Source: Actinomycetota bacterium
GTDB taxonomy: Bacteria > Actinomycetota > UBA4738 > JACQTL01
NCBI GenBank assembly: GCA_045805265.1
Contig: JBJMLO010000008.1
Span: forward strand, 128,846-192,845
Direction of reading: 5' to 3'
Length of the DNA stretch: 64,000 nt
In this document: positions 53,332 to 63,587 of the stretch, piece after piece
Layout: each line of letters begins with the position of its first letter
Position numbering within the stretch: position 1 is the first letter of the stretch
Notes under the pieces: model-generated
The model's input: the letters and a program-made list of their open reading frames with translations, nothing else
Told to the model about the DNA's origin: nothing
Databases searched by the model: none
Made by a program: the position numbers and the translations under genes

Positions 53332-54819
53332 TCAGGCGCCCGGCGTGGTCGTGAGCGGGAGCGGGATCACGCAGGCGGAACGCTCGCACGATTCCCGGGA
53401 CAGCTCGTGCAGGCGCAGGGCCAGCCGGTCCCGGAGCCCCCGGTGCCGGGGATCCTGCGCGAGGTTCCGCAGCTCGAATGGGTCGTGGCGGAGGTCGTAC
53501 AGCTCGCGCCAGCCGTTCGCGTACTCGATCCAGACGTACCGGTCGGTGTGCAGCCCCACGTACCGGGTGGGGCCCCCACGGAACCCCACGTCGCGCCCCT
53601 CCCACTCGACGAGCAGGTCGTGACGCCACGGTGCGTCCTGCCCCCGCATCAGCGGCACGAGGCTCCGGCCGTCCTCCGGCAGCGGCGGCGTGGTCCCCGC
53701 CAGCTCGGCGAACGTGGGGGCCATGTCGATGTTCGCGACGAGGTGGTCGTCGGTCACGGCCCGGTCCGTCCACGGCGTCCTGATCACGAGCGGCACCTTG
53801 ATCGACTCCTCGTACGGCCACGTCTTGGACAGCAGCCGGTGCTCGCCCCACATGAAACCGTTGTCGGACGCGAACACCACGATCGTGTTGTCGAGGACGC
53901 CGCGATCCTGCAGCGCCTGCACGATCCGGCCGACGTCGCGGTCCAGCGAGCGGATGGAGGCGAGCATGCTCCTCCGGATGCGCTGGGCCGACTCCTGTCC
54001 GGCGGTGCCGAGCGGACGGCTGTGCGCGTGCCACGGCTTGTCCGAGACGTCGGCCTCGTCGTACGACGGGGGGGTGGCCGGCGGGAGGTTCCGGTAGTAC
54101 CCGACGTCCTGCGGCGCGGCGACGGACGCGCGGTGCGGGTTGCTCGGCGCGACGTAGGCGAAGAAGGGCTGCGGCGCCTGCTCGATGAAGTCGCCGGTCA
54201 GCCCGGCCAGCACATCGGTCTCGTAGTGCCGCGGATCCCTCGGATAGGTGACCAGGCGGCCGTCGTGGTTCAACGTGAAGCCGTAGTACTGGTTGAGCGG
54301 CTCGGCGTCGAGGGCGTTCCAGCTCGACCATCCGGGCGGGACGTGGCACCGGCCGATCTCCGGGTAGCCGTTCAGGTACTTGCCGAACAGCCCCGTGGTG
54401 TAGCCCGCCGACTGCAACCAGGTGGCGATGGTCGACCGGTCGTCGAAGGCCTGCGCCCCGCCGTGCGAGCCGACGTTGTCGAGCACGCCCGTGTGGTGCC
54501 CGTACCGTCCGGTGAGGAACGACGAACGGGAGGGGCAGCACACGGGCGTTGTCGCGTAGAAGTGGGTGAACGTGATGCCGTGCGCGACCAGCAGGCGCCG
54601 GACGTTCGGCATCGCCCACAACGTGTCGGCACGCTGGTCGTCGCTGAGGATGAACACGATGTTCGGGGGGTTCGCGCGATGCGTCCGTCCGGGCCGGCCG
54701 ACCGAGCGGTCGGTGATCCCGGCACACCCCTGGCCCACCCCCGTGCCCACCGCGACCAGGACCCCGGCGATCACCGCCGTCACGAGCACGACCAGGCCCC
54801 GCCGGCTTCGGGTTCGCAT
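53332..54819 (-). CDS. Secreted sulfatase (formylglycine type, N-acetylglucosamine-6-sulfatase-like)
   Basis: PNIVFILSDDQ, CCPSRSSFLTG, GKYLNGY, SDNG. Confidence 0.9.
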   Translation of the reverse strand: MRTRSRRGLVVLVTAVIAGVLVAVGTGVGQGCAGITDRSVGRPGRTHRANPPNIVFILSDDQRADTLWAMPNVRRLLVAHGITFTHFYATTPVCCPSRSSFLTGRYGHHTGVLDNVGSHGGAQAFDDRSTIATWLQSAGYTTGLFGKYLNGYPEIGRCHVPPGWSSWNALDAEPLNQYYGFTLNHDGRLVTYPRDPRHYETDVLAGLTGDFIEQAPQPFFAYVAPSNPHRASVAAPQDVGYYRNLPPATPPSYDEADVSDKPWHAHSRPLGTAGQESAQRIRRSMLASIRSLDRDVGRIVQALQDRGVLDNTIVVFASDNGFMWGEHRLLSKTWPYEESIKVPLVIRTPWTDRAVTDDHLVANIDMAPTFAELAGTTPPLPEDGRSLVPLMRGQDAPWRHDLLVEWEGRDVGFRGGPTRYVGLHTDRYVWIEYANGWRELYDLRHDPFELRNLAQDPRHRGLRDRLALRLHELSRESCERSACVIPLPLTTTPGA

Positions 54820-54999
54820 GGGTGGGTCCGACCTCCAGGAGTGTCGGCATGGCGCCCGGTCCGTGCCGCCGTGCGAGGTTCGCCACGGAGCGCGGAACTG
54901 TCAACCCACGGGCCGGTGGATTGGACGCCGTGGAACCGGGCGGGGGGGCCGGGGAGCGCTACCCTCCTGGCAGGCCCAAGGTCGGCGCGAGGAGGAGCG

Positions 55000-55479
55000 G
55001 TGGACGGGTTCGAGGGCTCCGTGGTGGCGGTATTCCTCACCGCGGGGGGTGGCGGGGTTCCCCAGGAGACGCCCGAGGTGCAGGCGGTCGCCGGGCGCGG
55101 CCTCGAGGGCGACCGGTACTTCGCCGGCGTCGGCACGTTCGACACGCCGGCGCACGCCAACGAGCCCGACCGGCACGTCACGCTCATCGAGGCCGAGGCC
55201 ATCGACGCCGCCCGCCGCGACTACGACGTCCCGATCGGGCTGGGCGAGCACCGCCGGAACATCGTGACCAGGAACGTTCCCCTCAACCACCTCGTGGACC
55301 GGGAGTTCACGGTCGGGGAGGTGCGTCTGCGGGGCATCAAGCTGTGCGAGCCGTGCGCGCACATGGAGAACCTGTCCAAGCCGGGCGCCCGGAAGGCATT
55401 CACCCACCGGGGCGGGCTTCGCGCGGAGATCCTCGAGTCGGGGACGATCCGGGCCGGCGATCCGATCGCGCCTGTCTGA
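55000..55479 (+). CDS. MOSC domain protein
   Basis: GLEGDRY, RRNIVT, LCEPC, GGLRAEILESGTIRAGD; GGAGGAG RBS. Confidence 0.88.
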   Translation: MDGFEGSVVAVFLTAGGGGVPQETPEVQAVAGRGLEGDRYFAGVGTFDTPAHANEPDRHVTLIEAEAIDAARRDYDVPIGLGEHRRNIVTRNVPLNHLVDREFTVGEVRLRGIKLCEPCAHMENLSKPGARKAFTHRGGLRAEILESGTIRAGDPIAPV

Positions 55480-55579
55480 TCTTCTGGCCCGGGTCGCACC
55501 TCGTTCCTCGGCTCCTTGCGGTCGCGGACCTGCCGAAGGATCGCCGTGGTGGAGGCGGCGAAGAGCGGAGAATTCGTGG

Positions 55580-57013
55580 TCAGGAACCCGCGGCGGCGTG
55601 CAATCGAGCCAGAGTGCGGCCCTTGCCCAGGAGTTCGAGGGATTCCGGCAGTGGCGGGGAGACCGTCGTGCCGGTGACGGCCGCGCGGATGGGTTGCCAG
55701 CCTTTCGTGCGGTTGAGGCCGGCTTCCCCGGCCGCGGAATCCATGGCGGCGATGATCTCCTTCGCCTTCCAGTCCGTGACCGGCTCCAGCTTGCCGGCGG
55801 CGACGCCCAGATAGTCGGGACCGACCTTGTCGATCGCGGCGCGGGCCTTGTCGTCGAGGGTGACGTCTTCGATGAAGAGGAACCGGAGCATGGGTGCTGC
55901 CTCTTCCAGCGTGCGCATGCGTTCCTTGACGTGGGGGGCGGCCTTGCGAACGGTCTCGAGCTCGGGGGTGAGGCCGGCGTCGGCGAGGAAGGGGACCATG
56001 CGGGCGGCGAGCTCCTCGTCGGAGAGCGAGCGGATGTAGTGGCCGTTCATCCAGGTGAGCTTCTCGACGTCGAATATGGCCGGGTGGTGGGAGACGCCGT
56101 CGAGGTCGAAGCGGCGGATCAGCTCCTCGCGGGGCAGGATCTCCTCGTTGTGGCCGGGGGACCAGCCGAGGAGCGAGAGGTAGTTGACCACGGCCTCGGG
56201 GAGGTAGCCGTGCTCGCGGAACCACTCGACGGCGACGGCGCCGTGGCGCTTCGACAGCTTGGCGCGATCCGGACCGAGGATCAGCGGCAGGTGGGCGTAG
56301 CGGGGCGGTGAGGCCTCGAGCGCCTCGAACATCAGCAGCTGGCGCGGAGTCGAGGGCAGGAGGTCCTCACCCCGGATGACGTGGGTCATGCCCATCCGCA
56401 GGTCGTCGACCCCGCTCGCCAGGAGATAGGTCGGCGACCCGTCAGACCGCACGACGATGAAGTCGCGCAGCGAGTCCGCCGCGAAACGCTGCGGGCCCTT
56501 CACCAGGTCGTCGAACGTGACGTCGCGGCCCTCCGGGATGGCGAACCGCAGGGCCCAGGGGCGGCCCTCGGACTCGAACGCCGCGCGCTCCGCGTCGGTG
56601 AGGCGGCGGCACCGGCCGTCGTACCCGGGCGCCGCGCCGCGAGCCCTGGCCGCCTCCCGGCGCTGCTCCAGCTCCTCGGGCGTGCAGTAGCACCGGTACG
56701 CGTGGCCCCCCTCGGCGAGCTGCCCGGCGGCCTCGCGGTAGATATCGAACCGCTCCGTCTGGCGGTACGGTGCATGCGGTCCGCCGATCTCCGGTCCCTC
56801 GTCCCAGTCCAGCCCGAGCCAGTGCAGCGAGCGTTCCAGCACGTGGACGGCCTCGTCGGTGACCCGGTCGGCGTCGGTGTCCTCGACCCGCAGCACGAAC
56901 ACGCCGCCGTGATGCCGGGCGAACAGCCAGTTGAACAGGGCGGTGCGCGCGCCGCCGACGTGGAGGAACCCGCTCGGCGCCGGCGCGAACCGCGCGCGTA
57001 CGGCAGTGCTCAC
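55580..57013 (-). CDS. gltX: Glutamate--tRNA ligase
   Basis: RFAPAPSGFLHVGG (HIGH), RVEDTD, HVIRGED, KLSKR (KMSKS). Confidence 0.96.
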   Translation of the reverse strand: MSTAVRARFAPAPSGFLHVGGARTALFNWLFARHHGGVFVLRVEDTDADRVTDEAVHVLERSLHWLGLDWDEGPEIGGPHAPYRQTERFDIYREAAGQLAEGGHAYRCYCTPEELEQRREAARARGAAPGYDGRCRRLTDAERAAFESEGRPWALRFAIPEGRDVTFDDLVKGPQRFAADSLRDFIVVRSDGSPTYLLASGVDDLRMGMTHVIRGEDLLPSTPRQLLMFEALEASPPRYAHLPLILGPDRAKLSKRHGAVAVEWFREHGYLPEAVVNYLSLLGWSPGHNEEILPREELIRRFDLDGVSHHPAIFDVEKLTWMNGHYIRSLSDEELAARMVPFLADAGLTPELETVRKAAPHVKERMRTLEEAAPMLRFLFIEDVTLDDKARAAIDKVGPDYLGVAAGKLEPVTDWKAKEIIAAMDSAAGEAGLNRTKGWQPIRAAVTGTTVSPPLPESLELLGKGRTLARLHAAAGS

Positions 57014-57029
57014 GCGACCATTCTCGCAG

Positions 57030-57788
57030 TCAGGCGGCGACGACCGGATTCTGCAGGGATCCGATCCCCTCGATCTCGACCTCGACGCGGTCGCCGGGCT
57101 GCAGCGGCCCGATCCCGGCCGGGGTCCCCGTCATGATCACGTCGCCGGGGAGCAGCGTCATGAACGTCGAGACGAACGCGACGAGCCCGGCGGGGCCGAA
57201 CGTGAGGTCGGAGGTACGGGCCTGCTGGCGGACCTCGCCGTTGACCCGGGTGGTGAGCTCCAGGTCGGCGGGGTCCACGTCCGTCTCGATCCACGGCCCG
57301 AGGGGGCAGGAGGTGTCGAACCCCTTGGCCCGGGTCCACTGGCCGTCCCGGGCCTGGAGGTCGCGGAGCGTCACGTCGTTCCCGCAGGTGTACCCGAGGA
57401 TGGCCAGGACGGCGTCCTCCAGCGACAGCCGGTGGGCCAGGCGGCCGATCACCACCGCGAGCTCGCCCTCATAGTCCATCCGCTCGCTGATCGGCGGGTA
57501 CACGATGGGGTCGCCGGGACCGATCACCGACGTCGAGGGCTTCAGGAAGGTGAGCGGCTCGTCCGGAACCTGCTCGTCCATCTCCCTCGCGTGCTCGGCG
57601 TAGTTCCGGCCGACGGCGACGACCTTCGACGGCAGCACCGGCGCCAGGAGCCGCACGTCGTCGGCGGGAATCGCCTCACCCGTGGGAACCGGCGCTTCGA
57701 AGAACGTTCCCCGCAGCGGCTGCACCTCGCCGCCGTCGAGGACGCCGGTGGCGATGCGGTCGCCGAACCGGAAGCGGACCAGCCTCAT
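57030..57788 (-). CDS. Fumarylacetoacetate hydrolase family protein
   Basis: VGRNYAEH, FLKP, DYEGEL, NDVT, KGFDT, PGDVIMTGTP. Confidence 0.92.
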   Translation of the reverse strand: MRLVRFRFGDRIATGVLDGGEVQPLRGTFFEAPVPTGEAIPADDVRLLAPVLPSKVVAVGRNYAEHAREMDEQVPDEPLTFLKPSTSVIGPGDPIVYPPISERMDYEGELAVVIGRLAHRLSLEDAVLAILGYTCGNDVTLRDLQARDGQWTRAKGFDTSCPLGPWIETDVDPADLELTTRVNGEVRQQARTSDLTFGPAGLVAFVSTFMTLLPGDVIMTGTPAGIGPLQPGDRVEVEIEGIGSLQNPVVAA

Positions 57789-58049
57789 CGGTCCGGCAGG
57801 CTACCGGATCGCTCCCAGCGGCACCGAGGCCCCGGCCGGGGCGCCCTTCCACACGGAGGGGCCGGAGCGTGGCCCCGGCCCCTCGCGGGGCACGGGCGAG
57901 GGGGATGCCCGCGCCCCGGCTCTCGTCCCAGCTTGCCCCGCTGGTCGGCCAGTCTAGGTCACCGGTGCAAATCGGCCGTACCGCCACGGGAGCGGAGAGT
58001 CGGGCACGCGGAATCGGCGTCGACTGCGGAGTCGCGGCGGTGGACGAGC

Positions 58050-58976
58050 TCAGGCGGAGACCGGGCTCATCCAGCCGGCGTACTTGTCGATCTCGCCGTG
58101 CACCGCACCCAGGAACTCGCTCTGGATCTCCTTGGTGATCGGCCCCCGGCCGCTGGCCGCGACGGCGTGGTCGTCGACCTCCTTGATCGGGCACACCTCG
58201 GCCGCGGTGCCCGTGAAGAAGGCCTCGTCGGCGAAGTACAGGTCCGTGCGGACCAGGTTCTCCTCGTGGACCGTGTACCCGAGGTCCCGGGCGATCGTGA
58301 TCACGGTGTCGCGCGTGATGCCGTCGAGGCACCCGGCGGACAGCGGCGGCGTGTACAGCTCGCCGTCCTTGATCAGGAACACGTTCTCGCCGCTGCCGTC
58401 GGTGACGTAGCCGGACTGGTTCAGCATGATGGCCTCGTCGTACCCGGCCTTGGCCGACTCGATCTTGGCCAGGACAGAGTTGATGTACTGCCCGGTGGCC
58501 TTGGCGCCCGGCGGGATGACGTTCGGATCGAGGCGCTTCCACGACGAGATCTTGACCCTGGCGCCCTTCTCCAGCGCCTCCTCGCCCAGGTACACGCCCC
58601 ACGCCCACACCGTGATCGAGATGTTCACCGGGGCGTTCAGCGGGTTGATGCCCATCTCGCCGTATCCCCGGTGGACGAGCGGCCGGATGTAGCACTCAGC
58701 GAGGCCGTTCGCCCGGACGGTCTCCCGGATGGCGTCCTCGATCGCCTCCAGCGAGTACGGGACTTCCATGTGGTACAGGTGCGCCGAGCGGAACAGCCGC
58801 CGGACGTGGTCGTTGAGGCGGAAGACGGCGGTGCCCCGGGAGGTGTCGTAGGCCCGGATTCCCTCGAAGACGCCCGTTCCGTAGTGCACGGAGTGCGTGA
58901 GGATCGGGATGTGCGCCTCGTCCCACCCGACGAGAGCTCCGTCCATCCAGACCTTCTCGACGGGCTGAACCGGCAC
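58050..58976 (-). CDS. ilvE: Branched-chain amino acid aminotransferase
   Basis: HYGTGVFEGIR, YIRP, AKATGQYINS, GSGENVF, LDGITR, TGTAAEV. Confidence 0.95.
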   Translation of the reverse strand: MPVQPVEKVWMDGALVGWDEAHIPILTHSVHYGTGVFEGIRAYDTSRGTAVFRLNDHVRRLFRSAHLYHMEVPYSLEAIEDAIRETVRANGLAECYIRPLVHRGYGEMGINPLNAPVNISITVWAWGVYLGEEALEKGARVKISSWKRLDPNVIPPGAKATGQYINSVLAKIESAKAGYDEAIMLNQSGYVTDGSGENVFLIKDGELYTPPLSAGCLDGITRDTVITIARDLGYTVHEENLVRTDLYFADEAFFTGTAAEVCPIKEVDDHAVAASGRGPITKEIQSEFLGAVHGEIDKYAGWMSPVSA

Positions 58977-59139
58977 CGGCGCCTCCTTCCGACTCTGCGC
59001 GAACCGGAAGCTCGCGCTGCTCTGGGGGCCCAGCATACCCAGCGAAGCGAACCAAGCGGCGGCCGCGCTCGCGGCGGTCGTCACGGCATCGGAATTCCTC
59101 ACGGGTTCCGTGTCGGGTGCGGCCGGGATGCGGGCCGGG

Positions 59140-60723
59140 TCAGGCCGGAAGGACGATCGCCCGGGCCTGCTGGGCGCCGATCTCGGTTGCGATCCGCTGC
59201 AGGACCTCCGGGGGGATCGGCGTGTCGACGGTGACGCACATCAGCGCGAGGCCCCCGGCGGCGCTCCGGGCGACCTGGGCGCCCGCGATGTTGATGGCCG
59301 CCTCGCCGAGCATCGTCCCGATGCGGCCGATCACGCCCGGGCGGTCCTCGTATCGGAAGAACGCCATGTGCGTAGCCGGCGCCATGTCGACGTCGAGCTC
59401 GAACACCTGGACCAGGCGCTCAGCGTCCCGCTTGCCCACCAGCGTCCCGGCCACCTGGACATCGCCGGCGTCGGTCTCGCCGCGGAGCGTCACCAGGTTG
59501 ACGTAGTCGCGGGTGACCGTGGACTTCCGCTCGCTGAGGGTGATGCCGCGCTCGGCAGCGATGATCGGTGCATTCACGTAGCTCACCGGCTCGTGGACCA
59601 CGCCGTGCAGGCATCCCTTCAGCGCGGCGAGCGTCAGCACGCGGGTATCGGCCTCTGCGATGCGGCCGGTGTACTCGCACTCCAGCGACTGGAGGGCGCC
59701 GTCGGCGAGCCCGGTGAGGACCGCCCCGAGGTGCTCGACCAGCGGCAGGAACGCCCGGACGGCCTCGGGGACGTCCGCGCCGGCGGAGACGTTCACCGCG
59801 TACGGCACGAACTCGCCGCGCAGCGCGAGGCGGACCATCTCGGCGATCGCGGTCCCCGCCTTGTCCTGTGCCTCGACGGTCGAGGCGCCGAGGTGCGGCG
59901 TGACCACGACGTCGTCGAGCTCGAACAGGGGCGACTCGGTGGTCGGTTCCACCGCGAAGACGTCGAGGGCAGCGCCGCCGAGGTGGCCGTCCTTCAGGGT
60001 CTTGGCCAGGGCGTCCTCGTCGACGATCCCCCCCCGGGCCGTGTTCACCAGGCGCGCGCCGTCCTTCATCAGGGCCAGCTCGCGCTCGCCGATCAGGCCC
60101 TCGGTCTCGGGGGTGCGGGGCAGGTGGATCGTCAGGAAGTCGGACTGCACCAGCACCGCCTCGAGGCCGGGCATGAGCTCGACGCCCATCTCCTTGGCGC
60201 GGTCGCGGCTGACGTAGGGGTCGTACGCGATGACCCGCATGCCGAAAGCGGCCGACCGGTGAGCGACCATGGCGCCGACCCGCCCGAGGCCGATGACGCC
60301 GATCGTCTTCCCGGCGAGCTCCACGCCCTGGAACCTCGACCGCGACCACTCCCCCCGCTTCAGGGCCCGGTCGGCCTGGGGGATGTTCCGGGCTTGGGCC
60401 AGCAGGAGCGCCAGCGTGTGCTCGGCGGCGGACAGGATGTTCGACTGGGGGGCGTTCACGACCATCACGCCCCGCCGGGTGGCCGCCTCGACGTCGACGT
60501 TGTCGAGCCCGATCCCGGCACGGGCGATGACCTTGAGGTTCTCGGCCGCCTCGATCACGTCGGCGGTGACCTGCGTCTGCGACCGGATGATCAACGCGTC
60601 GTAGGGATGGATCTCTGCTGCCAGCCCGCCGGCGGCCAGATCCTCGCGCACGTCGACCTGGAAGTCCTTCCGGAGCAGGGCGATCCCCCGCTCGGAAAGC
60701 TGCTCGGTGACCAGGATCCGCAT
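59140..60723 (-). CDS. serA: D-3-phosphoglycerate dehydrogenase with ASB and ACT domains
   Basis: RAGIGLDNVD, GLGRVG, NTARGG, TPHLGAST, DRPGVIG. Confidence 0.95.
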   Translation of the reverse strand: MRILVTEQLSERGIALLRKDFQVDVREDLAAGGLAAEIHPYDALIIRSQTQVTADVIEAAENLKVIARAGIGLDNVDVEAATRRGVMVVNAPQSNILSAAEHTLALLLAQARNIPQADRALKRGEWSRSRFQGVELAGKTIGVIGLGRVGAMVAHRSAAFGMRVIAYDPYVSRDRAKEMGVELMPGLEAVLVQSDFLTIHLPRTPETEGLIGERELALMKDGARLVNTARGGIVDEDALAKTLKDGHLGGAALDVFAVEPTTESPLFELDDVVVTPHLGASTVEAQDKAGTAIAEMVRLALRGEFVPYAVNVSAGADVPEAVRAFLPLVEHLGAVLTGLADGALQSLECEYTGRIAEADTRVLTLAALKGCLHGVVHEPVSYVNAPIIAAERGITLSERKSTVTRDYVNLVTLRGETDAGDVQVAGTLVGKRDAERLVQVFELDVDMAPATHMAFFRYEDRPGVIGRIGTMLGEAAINIAGAQVARSAAGGLALMCVTVDTPIPPEVLQRIATEIGAQQARAIVLPA

Positions 60724-61131
60724 GGCTCGCCCATTCTCCCGTGCGGGGTCCCCGGCGACATCCGTGGGATCGGACCGAGTGGAACGGTTCGTATCCAAGC
60801 TCGACGCACCGCGGCCGGGCGGCTCCGCGGTCGCGGTCACCGAGGCGGTCGTCGAGGCCCTCGGCGGCAACGTCCGGGTCAGGGTGACGGGAAGTATCGA
60901 ACACCAGTCGCTGAATCTGTCAGTGAAGCGCGTCACAGCAGACGCACGTTCTTTTCGGCTCTCCGAGTTGCCGGCTTCGAGCGGCGGGCCGGATGTCGGC
61001 AAAAAAGGCCCAGTCCCTTACCGCTGGATCAGGCACCGCTCCGCGCCGGCGGGTGCAGGTGGCCGACGGAAGCAGTGACCAGGGCGAGAGACCGAGGCAG
61101 CCCGGACGATTCGGTCCGTCGGCGACTCGAC

Positions 61132-62301
61132 TCAGCCGCGGTTGGCCAGGGCATTCTCGGCGGCAAAGACCTCCTCGGCCGCCGCGACGGCGCTGCCGCG
61201 CTTCACCGGGTAGCCCATCCCGTCGAGGGTCATCTCCAGGGCGGCGAGGCCCCGGATCATGTCGAGCCGGTCGTAGTAGCCGAGGTGGCCAATGCGGAAC
61301 ACCTTGCCCTTCAGCGGACCCTGGCCGGGCGCCAGCACGATGCCGTGCTCGGCCCGAACCCTGGCGACCAGCTCGTTGCCGTCGATGCCCTCGGGTGCGC
61401 GGATCGCCGTGACTGCCCAGGCCTTCTCGGGGTTGTCCCCGAACAGGTCGAGGCCGAGCGCTCGGACACCCTCCTTCAGGCCCCGGGCCAGCACGCGGTG
61501 CCGCTCGAGCGCCGCGTCGGCGCCGTCGGCGAAGTACAGCTCGAGCGCGGCCTGCAGCCCCTGCACCAGCGAGATCGCCGGCGTCCAGGGGTTCTCCGGG
61601 TCGGGCAGGTCGTAGGACGCCTTGTAGGCCGCCCAGTCGAAGTAGAACCGAGGGCACGTCGCCGTCTCGTTCGCCTTCCATGCGCCGTCGCTGACGGCGA
61701 CGAACGCCAGCCCGGGCGTCGCGCTGAGCGCCTTCTGGGAGCCGCCGCAGGCCACGTCGACGCCCCACGCGTCGCACTCGAACGGAACGGCGCCCACGCT
61801 CGACACGCAGTCCACCGCGAGCAGCACGCCTGCGTCCCGAGCAATCTCGCCGACCGCCTCGACGTCGTGAAGCACGGCCGTCGACGTCTCGCTCTGCTGG
61901 ACGAGGATGCCCTTCGTCGGCGCCTCCTCGACCGCGGCCTTCACGTCCGCCGGCTTCAGCGCCCGGCCCCACTCGTAGTCGATGGTGCGCACGTCGAGGC
62001 CGTACACCCGCGCGATCTTCGCGAACCGCTCCCCGAAGTACCCCGCCACCGGAACCACCACGCGGTCGCCCGGCGAGAACATGTTCGCCACCGACGACTC
62101 CAGGGCGCCGGTCCCCGATGACGTGAACACCAACACGTCGTTCTTCGTCCGGAAGAGGCGCTGCAGCTGCTCGGTGACCTCCCGCAGGAGCTTCCCGTAC
62201 CCCGGTCCGCGGTGGTAGACGAGTGGCTGCGACTGCGCCTGCAACACCTGCGGAGGTACGGGAACGGGGCCGGGTGCCATGAAGATCTCGGGCTTGTCCA
62301 T
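61132..62301 (-). CDS. Class V PLP aminotransferase (serine-pyruvate/alanine-glyoxylate family; possibly phosphoserine aminotransferase)
   Basis: MAPGPVPVP, SSGTGALE, ETST, VDCVSS, GSQKAL, FRIGHLG; lies upstream of serA. Confidence 0.9.
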   Translation of the reverse strand: MDKPEIFMAPGPVPVPPQVLQAQSQPLVYHRGPGYGKLLREVTEQLQRLFRTKNDVLVFTSSGTGALESSVANMFSPGDRVVVPVAGYFGERFAKIARVYGLDVRTIDYEWGRALKPADVKAAVEEAPTKGILVQQSETSTAVLHDVEAVGEIARDAGVLLAVDCVSSVGAVPFECDAWGVDVACGGSQKALSATPGLAFVAVSDGAWKANETATCPRFYFDWAAYKASYDLPDPENPWTPAISLVQGLQAALELYFADGADAALERHRVLARGLKEGVRALGLDLFGDNPEKAWAVTAIRAPEGIDGNELVARVRAEHGIVLAPGQGPLKGKVFRIGHLGYYDRLDMIRGLAALEMTLDGMGYPVKRGSAVAAAEEVFAAENALANRG

Positions 62302-62420
62302 GAGAAGCGCTCCCCTGGTCGACGGGCGGTCCGCGGATCCGGGACAGGCTATCACCGCCTCGTTGGCGGACCCGATCGACGCTCGTCGCCGCCTCGGGGC
62401 GAATCCTGCAAGCTGTGAGG

Positions 62421-63221
62421 ATGAGCAAGAAGGAGCGACCGGACGATCCCAGGTTCTGGGCCGGAGGCCCGCTGACCAGGGACGGCGCCCCGGTGCCCGA
62501 CGACTGGGACCCGGATTGGCCGAAGTTCCGACCCGTCGATGATCCCACGCCGCTTCGCTGGCTGGCCGACGCGCTGGTCCCGGGGCAGTGGCCGTACCGG
62601 GTGGACTGGATCTTGCCGCGTGGCTACGCCGCGAATGCGAGGGTGCTCCATCCGGTCACCGATGAGCACGGCGTGCCGATGGTGCCATGGGCCCGGGTGG
62701 CGGCTTGGAGCGGGCGCCGGCTCGAGCCCACCTCGTACTTCTTCGACATCGCCACCCGGGAGGATGGGACGCAGTGGCCTGGGACGCCCGAGGACGGGAA
62801 ACTGGGGGACGACCTCCTCGAGTTCATCCTCGAAACCCTGGTACCCGCCACGACGACGCCCGGCGCCGGGTGGTTCTGCCTGTGGCCGGGGCAGGCCAGC
62901 TTCCACCTGGTGTGGCCGGATGCGCCGGTGTTCCAGGTCGGGCCGAGTGGGAGCGGAGCGGACGCCTATCTGATCCCCGCTCCGCTTCGAGCAGTGCTCG
63001 GGGACCTGCCGGGACGGCCCACCTGGTGGTGGCCGGAGGATCGCTCCTGGATCGTCGCCACGGAGATCGACGGGTTCTCGACCTATGTGGCCGGCTCCAC
63101 CGATGTCATCGGGTCGATCGTCGCCGATGGGCGGCTCGAGTCGTTCCCGGCCTCCCCCGACGACCCGTGGGAGGGGTGCCATCCGGGGCAGACGCGTTGG
63201 TCCGGGCCGGATCCGGACTGA
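62421..63221 (+). CDS. Hypothetical protein
   Basis: Protein-like: YAANARVLHP..GWFCLWPG..PTWWWPEDRSWIVATEID..TYVAGS. Confidence 0.75.
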   Translation: MSKKERPDDPRFWAGGPLTRDGAPVPDDWDPDWPKFRPVDDPTPLRWLADALVPGQWPYRVDWILPRGYAANARVLHPVTDEHGVPMVPWARVAAWSGRRLEPTSYFFDIATREDGTQWPGTPEDGKLGDDLLEFILETLVPATTTPGAGWFCLWPGQASFHLVWPDAPVFQVGPSGSGADAYLIPAPLRAVLGDLPGRPTWWWPEDRSWIVATEIDGFSTYVAGSTDVIGSIVADGRLESFPASPDDPWEGCHPGQTRWSGPDPD

Positions 63222-63287
63222 GGATCGGAATCACACTTCGAGATCCGTGTCCAAACGCCGGACCGGTCGAGCAGCCGCCCGAGTGCA

Positions 63288-63557
63288 TCAGATGTCGCGC
63301 AGGACCTTCCAGACGTCCTCACCCTGGGGGCGGAAGTCGAAGTCGGCGTGGCCCCGGTGGAGCTTGCCGTTGCCGTTCCCATTGGCCGCCGTCTTCCGGT
63401 TCAGGCGGAACAGGCGCTCCCAGAGCGTCCGGTGACCGTTCGCCCGGTCGACCGACCGGGCCAGCGAATCCAGCTGTGCCTCGCGGATCCGCTGGAGCCG
63501 ATTCAGCTCTCAGCCGGGGTGGGAGACGTTGGGTGTGAACATGGGCGTCACCCACAT
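63288..63557 (-). pseudogene. Small hypothetical ORF interrupted by an in-frame TGA
   Basis: MWVTPMFTPNVSHPG*ELNRLQRIREAQLDSL..FDFRPQGEDVWKVLRDI*; GC3-rich codons on both sides of the TGA at 63510-63512. Confidence 0.45.
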
Positions 63558-63587
63558 GGTCCCACGGAACGCACCCGTGTTACGCGC

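Noticed and set aside
35536-57013. The whole block between tRNA-Glu and gltX as one mobile element
   Set aside because: No att repeat or mobility genes were found, the tRNA and gltX are on opposite strands, and composition returns to host-like after about 41.3 kb.
61005-61045. TPP-riboswitch-like words (CCTGATC..GCG..AGGGA) on the minus strand
   Set aside because: The CTGAGA motif and the P5 loop are missing, and the downstream gene is unrelated to thiamine.
63480-63512. Selenocysteine codon with a SECIS element
   Set aside because: The hairpin loop is too close to the UGA for a typical bacterial SECIS, and there is no redox-motif context.
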